From NCBI RefSeq assembly GCF_900083515.1, contig NZ_LT671858.1:1620001-1652000 (forward strand): a DNA stretch of 32,000 nt, written 5' to 3'. The notes below the pieces were generated by a model. That model was given only the letters and a program-made list of their open reading frames with translations. It was not told the origin of the DNA and searched no databases. This stretch comes from Cuniculiplasma divulgatum. GTDB lineage: Archaea > Thermoplasmatota > Thermoplasmata > Thermoplasmatales > Thermoplasmataceae. Positions 8,716 to 16,854 of the stretch are shown here, one piece after another (positions within the stretch are counted from its first letter, which is position 1; the number at the start of each line of letters is the position of its first letter). The position numbers and the translations under genes were made by a program.

Positions 8716-9450
8716 ATGTGTCGCATGTTTTGTTTATCTGGAGATTTCTCTAAAGAATATAAAAAAATACTGGACTCCTTTATTGAGGTCACACGAAACG
8801 ATCCTCTCTCCGTAAACAGTGATGGTAGTTTAACATCACATGATCATGGATACGGATATGTAAGATACGATAGTTCTTCACTGGATTTTTTTAGATCACG
8901 AACTCCGGTGTTTGAATCTAATATTCCAGACTTCAGGTCAGGTCAGTTTATTATGCACGCCAGAAAAGCTGCCCCTGATGAACCAATTGGAACTCTAGAG
9001 AGTCATCCCCACTATGAAGTTGATGAAGATTATGAAGTATTTCTAGCGCACAATGGATGGTTTGATAAGAAAAAAATTGCGGTAGAGCTTGGTATTGAAA
9101 ACTTTACGAGATATGTTGATAGTCAATTATTTCTCAAATATATCCTTTCATTCAATGGAGAATTTAGAACTCGTTTGGAGAAAACAATATCCCTTGCAAA
9201 AGAGAAGGATTTGATCAGGGCAACCGCCAATTTGATGATTCTTTCAATAGATCGCAATACGCGAAATTCCAAGTTGTATTACTATACAGATGTAAAAGAA
9301 GGTAGTGAGTATAGTGATTATGTGAAGTTGTATCACGGAAATACAGACCTGTGGAATGGAGTTTTTTCTTCCAGTATTATAAAGTCCATTTCCTTCCCTA
9401 AAAATGTTACTATGAAAGAGGTGAGGAGAGGCGTTTTAAATGAGCTCTAA
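8716..9450 (+). CDS. Class II (Ntn-type) glutamine amidotransferase-like amidohydrolase (YafJ/EgtC-like)
   Basis: 244-aa ORF beginning Met-Cys (MCRMFCLSG), the nucleophile Cys2 arrangement of Ntn amidotransferases. HGYGY and LAHNGWF boxes are present. No synthase domain is attached. Confidence 0.7.
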   Translation: MCRMFCLSGDFSKEYKKILDSFIEVTRNDPLSVNSDGSLTSHDHGYGYVRYDSSSLDFFRSRTPVFESNIPDFRSGQFIMHARKAAPDEPIGTLESHPHYEVDEDYEVFLAHNGWFDKKKIAVELGIENFTRYVDSQLFLKYILSFNGEFRTRLEKTISLAKEKDLIRATANLMILSIDRNTRNSKLYYYTDVKEGSEYSDYVKLYHGNTDLWNGVFSSSIIKSISFPKNVTMKEVRRGVLNEL

Positions 9451-9463
9451 TTTTTCTTTTTTT
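9451..9463 (+). terminator. Oligo-T tract (TTTTTCTTTTTTT) immediately after the stop codon, archaeal intrinsic-terminator-like
   Basis: A T5-C-T7 run starts one nt after the TAA at 9448-9450. It is followed by a 210-nt AT-rich spacer before the next gene. Confidence 0.45.
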
Positions 9464-9673
9464 GTGAACTAATCTAAGAACGATGATAATATTTTAATAT
9501 GTTTTGTTTTTATAATAAATAGGCTAAATATTAACTTTCGAAATTTTACTTTCTCTAAAAATTGGCTAAAAATAATCCATAGACAAGAAATAGTAATTAT
9601 TTTTTAAACCAGTTGACTAAAACTAATACGTAGTTTCAATTACTAGAGAGAATAGTTAGCGTGGTGATAAATT

Positions 9674-10996
9674 TTGGAACTGAGTTTGGAATTTAGATCG
9701 TTGAATGAGATCGAAAGTCTAGTAAAAAGTAATGCAATTTCCCCATGCACGGTTTTAGAAAGACTCATGGAGAGAATTCACAAACTGGACACAAAACTCA
9801 AAAGTTACACAAGATTGAATTTAAATTCCCTTGAAGAATGCGCAAAAAGAGCGAAGTCGTCGGAAAATGTAATACCAGTTTCAGTCAAAGATTTATTTGA
9901 TACAAAAAATATTGAAACAAATTATGGATCAACGATTTATAGAGATCATTTTCCTTCCAAAGATTCCTCGGTTGTAGCAAATATCAAGAAAAGAAATGGT
10001 ATAGTTATAGGTAAAACTGTGACTCACGAGTTTGCCCTTGGAATAATTTCTTCACCAACTAAAAACCCATGGGATTTGAGAAGAATTCCTGGAGGTTCTA
10101 GTGGAGGGTCTGCTGCGGCTGTAGCAGCCGGATTGTCGGTATTTGCTACTGGAACTGATACTGGTGGATCTATTAGAATTCCAGCGGCGATGTGTGGTGT
10201 TACTGGATTTAAACCTACTTACAACCTCATACCCAGAGGTGGAATTTACCCAGAATCCTGGTCTCTGGACCATGCAGGGCCTATAACCAGATATGCCAGT
10301 GATTTGACCCTTGAACTGGAATTAATGACCAGAAAAAACTTTATTATTAAAGGAAGAGAAAGTAAAAAATTTAAAGTGGGTGTTGCCTGGGAAATGTTTG
10401 AATACTGTGAATCCAGTGTGAAAAAAGTCTCATTAGCTGCACTTGAGAAAATTAAAAAAGAGCTGAATATTGAATATATTCATGTTAAAGAAAAATGCCT
10501 GAGATTTAAGGAAATGAAGCACTTTCATGAGATTATTGATACAAGTGAAATTGCCCTAATTCACAGGGAGAACTATGAAAAATATCCAGATAGTTATTTA
10601 GATAGCTCTATTGAGCAGATAGAAGAAGGTATGCGGGTTAAAGCTGTGGATTATGTTAATGCTAAAAGATCCAGAGAGAAATACAGGGAACTATTAGACT
10701 CACAGTTTAAGACTCTCGATATAATTATAATTCCCACATTACAGGACGTGGCCCCTCTTACAGTTCACCAAAAGAAAAGAGAGGAAGTCGATGATATATC
10801 TGAAATTGATTTTCTTTCGCCTTTAAATTATTCAGGAAATCCTGCATTAACTATTCCAGTTGGGTTTTCACATGAACTTCCTGTTGGAATGCAGATAATC
10901 GGAAAGAATAATTCAGATTTAAGATGTATTGAGTTTGCTTCTCTTGTGCAGGATCTCACTGATTGGCATAAAGCAATTCCACAGGGCTTTTCCTGA
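9674..10996 (+). CDS. Amidase-signature family amidase (GatA-like fold, stand-alone)
   Basis: 440-aa ORF. It has the signature GGSSGGSAAAVAAG, GTDTGGSIRIPAAMCG and an upstream catalytic-Lys context, VSVKDLFDT. The ORF track start is a TTG, so the true start is uncertain. No gatB or gatC is adjacent. Confidence 0.85.
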   Translation: MELSLEFRSLNEIESLVKSNAISPCTVLERLMERIHKLDTKLKSYTRLNLNSLEECAKRAKSSENVIPVSVKDLFDTKNIETNYGSTIYRDHFPSKDSSVVANIKKRNGIVIGKTVTHEFALGIISSPTKNPWDLRRIPGGSSGGSAAAVAAGLSVFATGTDTGGSIRIPAAMCGVTGFKPTYNLIPRGGIYPESWSLDHAGPITRYASDLTLELELMTRKNFIIKGRESKKFKVGVAWEMFEYCESSVKKVSLAALEKIKKELNIEYIHVKEKCLRFKEMKHFHEIIDTSEIALIHRENYEKYPDSYLDSSIEQIEEGMRVKAVDYVNAKRSREKYRELLDSQFKTLDIIIIPTLQDVAPLTVHQKKREEVDDISEIDFLSPLNYSGNPALTIPVGFSHELPVGMQIIGKNNSDLRCIEFASLVQDLTDWHKAIPQGFS

Positions 10997-11229
10997 ACTA
11001 TCTTTGTCTGGCACGGTAATCTTAGAAACCACAAATGGCAATTGCATTGTAGGATTGGCTGTTACATAATATCTGTGGTATTGTATTTCTATGACCTTAT
11101 GAGTGATGCAATTAACTACTTCCTATATATTTCTATTTAAAATTAGTATAAAATTGAGCTTTTACTGATTTATAGCTATATCCTACTTATAAGAATATAT
11201 TTATCATCTCAAGTACATTACAGTACTTT

Positions 11230-12015
11230 GTGGAAATTGAAACCGTAATGGATCCTGATAAATTAAGAGGCATGATTCCGATAATTAAATCAGCATGGGG
11301 AATGAGCACCATGGATCAACTTGTGAAAGATATGATTGCTGCAATGAGGTTTCATGGTGGTTTGGCCCTAATTGCCATGGAAGATGAAAAAGCGGTAGGA
11401 ATGCATTTTAGTTTTACTGGAAGAAGAAACGGTAAGATATACCTTTACTCACATATGACTGGAGTTCTAAGTGATAAAAAGTATTCAGGTATTGGATTCC
11501 AGTTGAAAATGAGACAAAAAGAGTGGGCTATTGAGAATGGTTTTGATCTTATAGCATGGACATATGATCCACTCATGGATTTAAATGCCAATTTTAATAT
11601 TCACAAAATTGGAGCCATTTCAAGGACATATCTAAGAAATTTTTATGGAGATATGGAAGATTCGATCAATTACGGGATTCCAAGTGATAGGTTCGTGGCT
11701 GAATGGTGGATACTTGACGACAAAATAGAGCAAAAAAAACCATTGATTAGCGTCAATACAGTTGATGAAAATCAGGAACTGAATGCTAAAGAATTGCCAG
11801 ATGTGATTTCATTTAAAATCCCCGTGGATTTCTTATCTATAAAAAGAAATGATAAAGATACATCACTTAATATTAGATTATCAACCAGGGCTATGATAGA
11901 AGATTTGTTTTCTGACGGATTTATAGTGACTGATTTTAAAAGAGATTCCTCATCGTATATCATGGTTAGGCGTAATAAGGAAGATTTAGAATACCATAAA
12001 AATTTTTTTACCTGA
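11230..12015 (+). CDS. GNAT-fold acyltransferase; candidate D-amino acid N-succinyl(acyl)transferase by context
   Basis: 261-aa ORF. GNAT motif-A-like YSGIGFQLKMRQKEWAIENGF. GTG start at 11230, alternative ATG at 11248. A TATA-like ATATTTAT at 11197-11204 lies about 26 nt upstream of the GTG. Convergent with the M20/racemase operon. Confidence 0.55.
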   Translation: MEIETVMDPDKLRGMIPIIKSAWGMSTMDQLVKDMIAAMRFHGGLALIAMEDEKAVGMHFSFTGRRNGKIYLYSHMTGVLSDKKYSGIGFQLKMRQKEWAIENGFDLIAWTYDPLMDLNANFNIHKIGAISRTYLRNFYGDMEDSINYGIPSDRFVAEWWILDDKIEQKKPLISVNTVDENQELNAKELPDVISFKIPVDFLSIKRNDKDTSLNIRLSTRAMIEDLFSDGFIVTDFKRDSSSYIMVRRNKEDLEYHKNFFT

Positions 12016-12061
12016 CTTCGCTACACCAACTATTAATTGGTTTTGAGATTAAATTTTGTTA

Positions 12062-13171
12062 TCACATGGTCATTATCAGGCCTAAAAGGGCTGAACGTTC
12101 TGGAAGAGTATCAAGGAGCAGATATTCATTTTCTGAATGTGCACCATCACCGACAGCTCCAAGACCATCGATTACTGGACAGTATTTAGAGCAGATATTT
12201 CCATCGCTTGCTCCAGAAACTGAAACTTCATCAATATTTAATCCAATATTGCTGGCAAGTAGCTTTACTTTTTGAAAAAGATCTTTTGTTAAATCTGTTC
12301 TGGTCATGGGTTCTCTCATTCTGTAGGTAACTGATGTTGTAGAACCTGCCAGCCCTGTTTTTAATGATTTTAGAAATAATAACACATTTTCTGCAGATTC
12401 TTCAGAGCTGTATCTAACATCTATTCCAATCTCACAGAAATCAGGTATCACATTGGTTCTTGTGCCACCATGGATCGTACCTATGTTAATTAACGTACCA
12501 TCATTAATACCCGCGGAAAAGTTTTTAATTTGCTCAATTATGGAACTCATTGCATTTATTGCATTAATACCTTTCTTTGGGTCCAGTCCTGCATGCGCCG
12601 CCTTTCCAGTTATTTTCAGCATTATTGTTCCAACACCTTTTCTTTCGGTTTTGAGATTTCCATTAAGAGATGCTTCCATGACCAGAGCAAATTTAGATCT
12701 CTTTGCCTCTTCCTCGATTATTGATCTGGAGAAGGCTGAGCCTATTTCCTCATCTGACGTAATTAGTAAAACAACTTTGTTTTTTATTGTTTTATTTCTA
12801 ACAAGATATTCCATGGCAAAGATAGTCTGCACCAGGCCTCCTTTCATATCAAAGACACCGGGTCCATATGCTTTTCCACTTTCAATCCTGAATGGATTTT
12901 TCTTTGTGGTTCCCTCATCAAATACGGTGTCATAATGAGTTAACAACAAAATCTGTTCCTGTGCGTCAGGGTTGAATATACATCTTATAATGTTTCCAGC
13001 AGATTCTGACCTAATTAATTCACACTTTAACCCCGTTATATGTTCTATTATATCCAGAAGGTGATTTGCAAATTTATCCAGAAGTGGTTTATTTACTGAA
13101 GGAGTTTCCATATTGACAAAATCCTCCAGCATTTGTATCATATCCATCTTTCTGCTTTTCATATAATCCAT
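12062..13171 (-). CDS. M20 family metallopeptidase (carboxypeptidase G2 / N-acyl-L-amino acid amidohydrolase type); candidate N-succinyl-L-amino acid desuccinylase
   Basis: 369-aa ORF. THYDTV (His/Asp metal ligands), GPGVFDMKGG, ITSDEEIGS and a C-terminal GDGAHSENEY. Its start lies 5 nt downstream of the stop of the enolase-superfamily gene, on the same strand. Confidence 0.8.
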   Translation of the reverse strand: MDYMKSRKMDMIQMLEDFVNMETPSVNKPLLDKFANHLLDIIEHITGLKCELIRSESAGNIIRCIFNPDAQEQILLLTHYDTVFDEGTTKKNPFRIESGKAYGPGVFDMKGGLVQTIFAMEYLVRNKTIKNKVVLLITSDEEIGSAFSRSIIEEEAKRSKFALVMEASLNGNLKTERKGVGTIMLKITGKAAHAGLDPKKGINAINAMSSIIEQIKNFSAGINDGTLINIGTIHGGTRTNVIPDFCEIGIDVRYSSEESAENVLLFLKSLKTGLAGSTTSVTYRMREPMTRTDLTKDLFQKVKLLASNIGLNIDEVSVSGASDGNICSKYCPVIDGLGAVGDGAHSENEYLLLDTLPERSALLGLIMTM

Positions 13172-13176
13172 TATGT

Positions 13177-14265
13177 CTATGATAACACCCCTTCTTCAAC
13201 TTTAAATTGTGTTAGGACTGATTCATTGATTTTGACACCTATTCCGGGAGAATTGAATGGTTTTATAATTCCATCATTCATTTCAAACAGCCTATCCACT
13301 ATATCCTGACTAAAATATCTTTCGTTTGGAGATGTGTCCCCTGGGTAGTCTATGAGTTCGCTGGAAGCCATTGCTATGTTGAATGATCTTCCTATGCCAG
13401 TTTCAAGCATACCACCAATCCATGCATGTCCCTTATTATTACTGGCTATTTTTGCTATAAGATTTGAATTATAGAGTCCCCCTACCCTTCCTGGCTTAAT
13501 GTTCACAACTCTACATGCACCTATTTCAAAAGCATTTTCAGCAATTTCAGGGGATGTAATAGATTCATCCAGACATATGGGTGTTGAAAGTATTTTAGCC
13601 AATTTCGAATGGTATATTATATCATCATGGTAAAGAGGTTGCTCAAGGTATATCAAATCAAATTTGTCAATTTTTTCAAGCGTCTTAAAATCCTTTACTG
13701 TATAATCACTGTTCGCGTCCGCACTGAGAGGTATATCAGGAAAGTGGTCCCTTATTGGGGCCAATATTGAAACTTCTCCTCCTTTCCTGATTTTTACCTT
13801 GATCCTTTTGTAACCCTTATCCAGCGATTGCTGAATTTTCTCAAGTGTTACATTTATTTTATCAATACCAAGTGATATTCCAGCGTTTGCATAACCTCTT
13901 GGTTTTTCATTTATAAATTCAAAAAGGGGTTTTTCTGCCACTTTAGAATGATAGTCATACAGCAACATCTCCATGGCTGCTTTTGCCATATTGTTCCCCC
14001 TGATAAAATTTGAAATCTCATTAAACTTCTCCGGAGATGGCAAATTTTGAATCAATTTCACAAGATAATTCTTAATTATATGAAATGCTGTTGTATTATC
14101 CTCTGGTCCATAGAAAGGATCTTCACTTGTGATTAGTTCTGAGAATGCTTTAATACCATCATGATTAAGTTCAAAAATGATCACATCCTTATCCAGAGTA
14201 GTTCCAAAACTTGTGGTAAATGGAGACTTCATTGGAATCTTCAACCTGTAATATTTAAGGTTCAT
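13177..14265 (-). CDS. Enolase-superfamily enzyme of the N-succinylamino acid racemase / o-succinylbenzoate synthase (NSAR/OSBS) subfamily
   Basis: KRIKVKI (KxK acid/base box), SADANSDY, YLEQPL and CLDES (three metal ligands), VNIKPGRVGG (second catalytic Lys) and GGMLETGIGRS. The last two boxes match my memory of NSAR/OSBS rather than dipeptide epimerases. The ORF track start is a TTG at 14304. I prefer the ATG at 14265 (MNLKYYRLKIPMKSPF). Confidence 0.75.
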   Translation of the reverse strand: MNLKYYRLKIPMKSPFTTSFGTTLDKDVIIFELNHDGIKAFSELITSEDPFYGPEDNTTAFHIIKNYLVKLIQNLPSPEKFNEISNFIRGNNMAKAAMEMLLYDYHSKVAEKPLFEFINEKPRGYANAGISLGIDKINVTLEKIQQSLDKGYKRIKVKIRKGGEVSILAPIRDHFPDIPLSADANSDYTVKDFKTLEKIDKFDLIYLEQPLYHDDIIYHSKLAKILSTPICLDESITSPEIAENAFEIGACRVVNIKPGRVGGLYNSNLIAKIASNNKGHAWIGGMLETGIGRSFNIAMASSELIDYPGDTSPNERYFSQDIVDRLFEMNDGIIKPFNSPGIGVKINESVLTQFKVEEGVLS

Positions 14266-14449
14266 ACAAATTCGATTGATGTGATATAGATAAATATTTT
14301 GCAATGTTCTCTAGGAAATTGTAAGATTTCAACAATGTCGATTATATATTTATATTAATTTATTAACATTAACTTAAGAAATACTAGCCTTCGGGCCTAA
14401 TTTTAAATTTGTAGCAAACTTAATTTAATCAGGAATAATGTGAAGAATC

Positions 14450-15559
14450 ATGTATAGTGAGGTTAAAAGAGGTTCAGTAGAAAATAGACAATTGCTTATA
14501 GATTCTCTTGATTCAGTTTTTCGACCAGGAAATGTTCAGGGCTCATCAATGGCACTTGAATTCCCCCATCTTTTTTCTGATGATAATATAGAAAACACCT
14601 TCTATATCGATGATGGCAAAATTCCTGTTAGCCAGGCAAGTGTACTTTTATCAAAAACATGCATAAACGGAGCCATACTTGACGTTGCTTCACTTGGTTC
14701 AGTATCCACAATGAAGGATCATAGACACAAGGGTTTATCCACAAAAATCATAAACAGAATGATTGAAGTTTACAGGAATTCTGAAATAGACCTTCTCCTG
14801 GTTTCAGGGGAGATTGAACTGTATACTAAGCTCGGTTGTGTGAAAACAGGATCGGATTATTCAGCAGTAATAGAAAAAATTGGAAAAAATGAAGATATAG
14901 AACAAAATGGAAAATATTTTGTCAAACTGTCCTCACCGGAGGAAAGAATTGCTAATGCAGTAGAATACCACAGGATTCATATTAAAGAAAAGTTCAGGTA
15001 CATGAGAACTTCTAAAGAATTCAGTATCTTGTTAAACGCTCTATGGTTTAAGAGAAATGGATTTCGGATGGACCTGTTTGAAATCAGAAATGAGAATGAA
15101 ACTATATTAGCTTACGTTGTAGCATTCAAGAAAATAGGAGATTCAAAGTTAAAGATAATGGAATATGCAGGTTCTCGAAAGGCCATAGCCAGTTGTCTTC
15201 TCGATATAATGGCTAAAATGGAATGTAGTGAAATTAGATTCAGAGTAAACGAGGAGGATTTTAATTTTATTGAGGAGCTCTCCAGATTAAATGTTAAGCT
15301 TGTTCAGGAAAACTCACAGGGAACTTTAAAGATTCTGAATTCCCAGTCCATCTTCAGAAAATTAAGACCGCTTATAATAGAAAGAATAGGAGAATATTTT
15401 GAATTTAGGGAAATAGGCAATGAAAAGTGGTTATTTATATCTGGTTCATTAAAGAAGGAGATTAATGGATATGATGATTTAACTCACTTCATATTTGATA
15501 AGAAGGAGGGTTCTCTGGGTATTCCCCTGATGTTTACCGATGATTTGAATTATATATGA
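14450..15559 (+). CDS. GNAT family N-acetyltransferase, Eis/COG4552-like architecture (GNAT plus C-terminal extension)
   Basis: 369-aa ORF. Motif A, HRHKGLSTKIINRMIEVY, sits in the N-terminal third. The long C-terminal region is of the size seen in Eis-like enzymes. Divergent from the racemase gene across a 145-185-nt spacer. Confidence 0.55.
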   Translation: MYSEVKRGSVENRQLLIDSLDSVFRPGNVQGSSMALEFPHLFSDDNIENTFYIDDGKIPVSQASVLLSKTCINGAILDVASLGSVSTMKDHRHKGLSTKIINRMIEVYRNSEIDLLLVSGEIELYTKLGCVKTGSDYSAVIEKIGKNEDIEQNGKYFVKLSSPEERIANAVEYHRIHIKEKFRYMRTSKEFSILLNALWFKRNGFRMDLFEIRNENETILAYVVAFKKIGDSKLKIMEYAGSRKAIASCLLDIMAKMECSEIRFRVNEEDFNFIEELSRLNVKLVQENSQGTLKILNSQSIFRKLRPLIIERIGEYFEFREIGNEKWLFISGSLKKEINGYDDLTHFIFDKKEGSLGIPLMFTDDLNYI

Positions 15560-15638
15560 TGCGCTGTCTTTGCCATTTTTTTATTTGTTATTAAAGGGAT
15601 TCAAGGATATAAATTAAAAATGGTAGAAATAATAACTT

Positions 15639-16652
15639 TCAATCAGAAATTCTCCCTGCTTTCTGCTGATCTTCTGCACGCTGATCATAGGGGTAGGTTA
15701 CCTCCAATTCACTTGCATTGTTTATCCTTGCTATATCAGCTTTTGACAGTTCCCATCCGGTTCCACCAAGATTATCCTTCAGCTGTTCAAGGTTTCTCGC
15801 CCCTATTATGGGTGAAGTAACAGCTGGATTTCTCAGAAGCCAGTTAATAGATACCTGTGCCATGCTTTTATGATTCTTCTCGGCTACTTTTTCAAGTGTG
15901 CTGATTATGTTCTTTGCCCTTCTTGTTTCGAACTGTTTGTAAAATTCGGCATTGTTTGAGTCTCCTATTCTGGTTCCTTTAGATGCACCTTCTATTCCAC
16001 CTTTGTATTTTCCAGTCAGGAACCCTCCTGCAAGTGGACTCCATGGCATAACGGCAATATTTTCTTCTCTGGCCATGGGTAACAACTCAAATTCAGTGGC
16101 TCTTACGAAAATATTGTAATGGGGCTGAAGACTTACCGGTTCATTCCATCCCTTTGATCTGCATAACTGGAGTGCTTTTTCAAACTGCCATGCCCTGAAG
16201 TTACTTATTCCAATATATCTTACATAGCCATCTTCAACCATTCCATTGAGTGTTCGAAACGTTTCTTCCAGTGGAGTCAGAGCATCCCATGTGTGCAACT
16301 GTAAAAGATCTATATAATCAGTATTCAATCTCTCCAAACTTTCCTTTACTGAATGGATCAGATGTTTTCTCGATAATCCGACACCGTTTGCATGATCACT
16401 CATCCTGAATCTAGCTTTCGTTGCGATGACCAGGGATTCCCTATCCTGTCTTTTTAGCCATTCACCTATAATTGTTTCAGATTTACCGTGTGAATATACA
16501 TTTGCAGTATCAATAAAGTTGCCTCCATTTTCCGTGAAATGGTCTAATATCTCATGGCTTTGAACCTCATTTGCCTGCCATCCAAAGGTCATAGTTCCAA
16601 GGCAGAGATCACTAACGAGCATACCTGTATTTCCAAATTTCTTCATTTCCAT
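15639..16652 (-). CDS. Aldo/keto reductase family oxidoreductase
   Basis: 337-aa ORF. LGTMTFG, GGNFIDTANVYSHGKSE (Asp/Tyr of the catalytic tetrad), IATKA (Lys) and LQLHTWD (His). Confidence 0.9.
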   Translation of the reverse strand: MEMKKFGNTGMLVSDLCLGTMTFGWQANEVQSHEILDHFTENGGNFIDTANVYSHGKSETIIGEWLKRQDRESLVIATKARFRMSDHANGVGLSRKHLIHSVKESLERLNTDYIDLLQLHTWDALTPLEETFRTLNGMVEDGYVRYIGISNFRAWQFEKALQLCRSKGWNEPVSLQPHYNIFVRATEFELLPMAREENIAVMPWSPLAGGFLTGKYKGGIEGASKGTRIGDSNNAEFYKQFETRRAKNIISTLEKVAEKNHKSMAQVSINWLLRNPAVTSPIIGARNLEQLKDNLGGTGWELSKADIARINNASELEVTYPYDQRAEDQQKAGRISD

Positions 16653-16828
16653 AATGGAACATATAAGCCCTTAAACTTAAAAATGTTTACCCGCGTTTTA
16701 AAATCCTTTATTAAGGCTATTCGGGACTCCAACCATTGGTCAAACAACAAGAACCAATAATACGCCCTATGATCTTTACCTGACCTGATTTATCAACACT
16801 GCGCAATTGCATACCAATATCCTCTCAA

Positions 16829-16854
16829 CAACAGAAACATCATAATTTCTGTTG
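16829..16854. other. Perfect 9-bp stem / 8-nt loop hairpin (CAACAGAAA-catcataa-TTTCTGTTG) inside the long non-coding region
   Basis: Read directly: 16829-16837 is the exact reverse complement of 16846-16854. Function unknown. Confidence 0.4.

Noticed and set aside
12066-12935. Three + strand ORFs (69, 160 and 64 aa) opposite the M20 peptidase gene, including a hydrophobic 160-aa one
   Set aside because: All are antisense to a gene with clear M20 metal-ligand motifs. The hydrophobic appearance comes from reverse-complementing a coding frame.
13177-14304. Alternative annotations of the enolase-superfamily gene as menC (o-succinylbenzoate synthase) or as L-Ala-D/L-Glu epimerase (YcjG/YkfB type, which would also fit a murein-peptide theme)
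   Set aside because: There are no men genes nearby. The NIKPGRVGG and GGMLETGIGR boxes resemble NSAR/OSBS rather than dipeptide epimerases as I remember them. The adjacency to an M20 hydrolase and a GNAT fits NSAR. This is not excluded without a phylogeny or an assay.
16554-16760. 68-aa + strand ORF spanning the aldo-keto reductase start and the beginning of the long spacer
   Set aside because: About half of it is antisense to the reductase N-terminus. It has no plausible promoter or motif.
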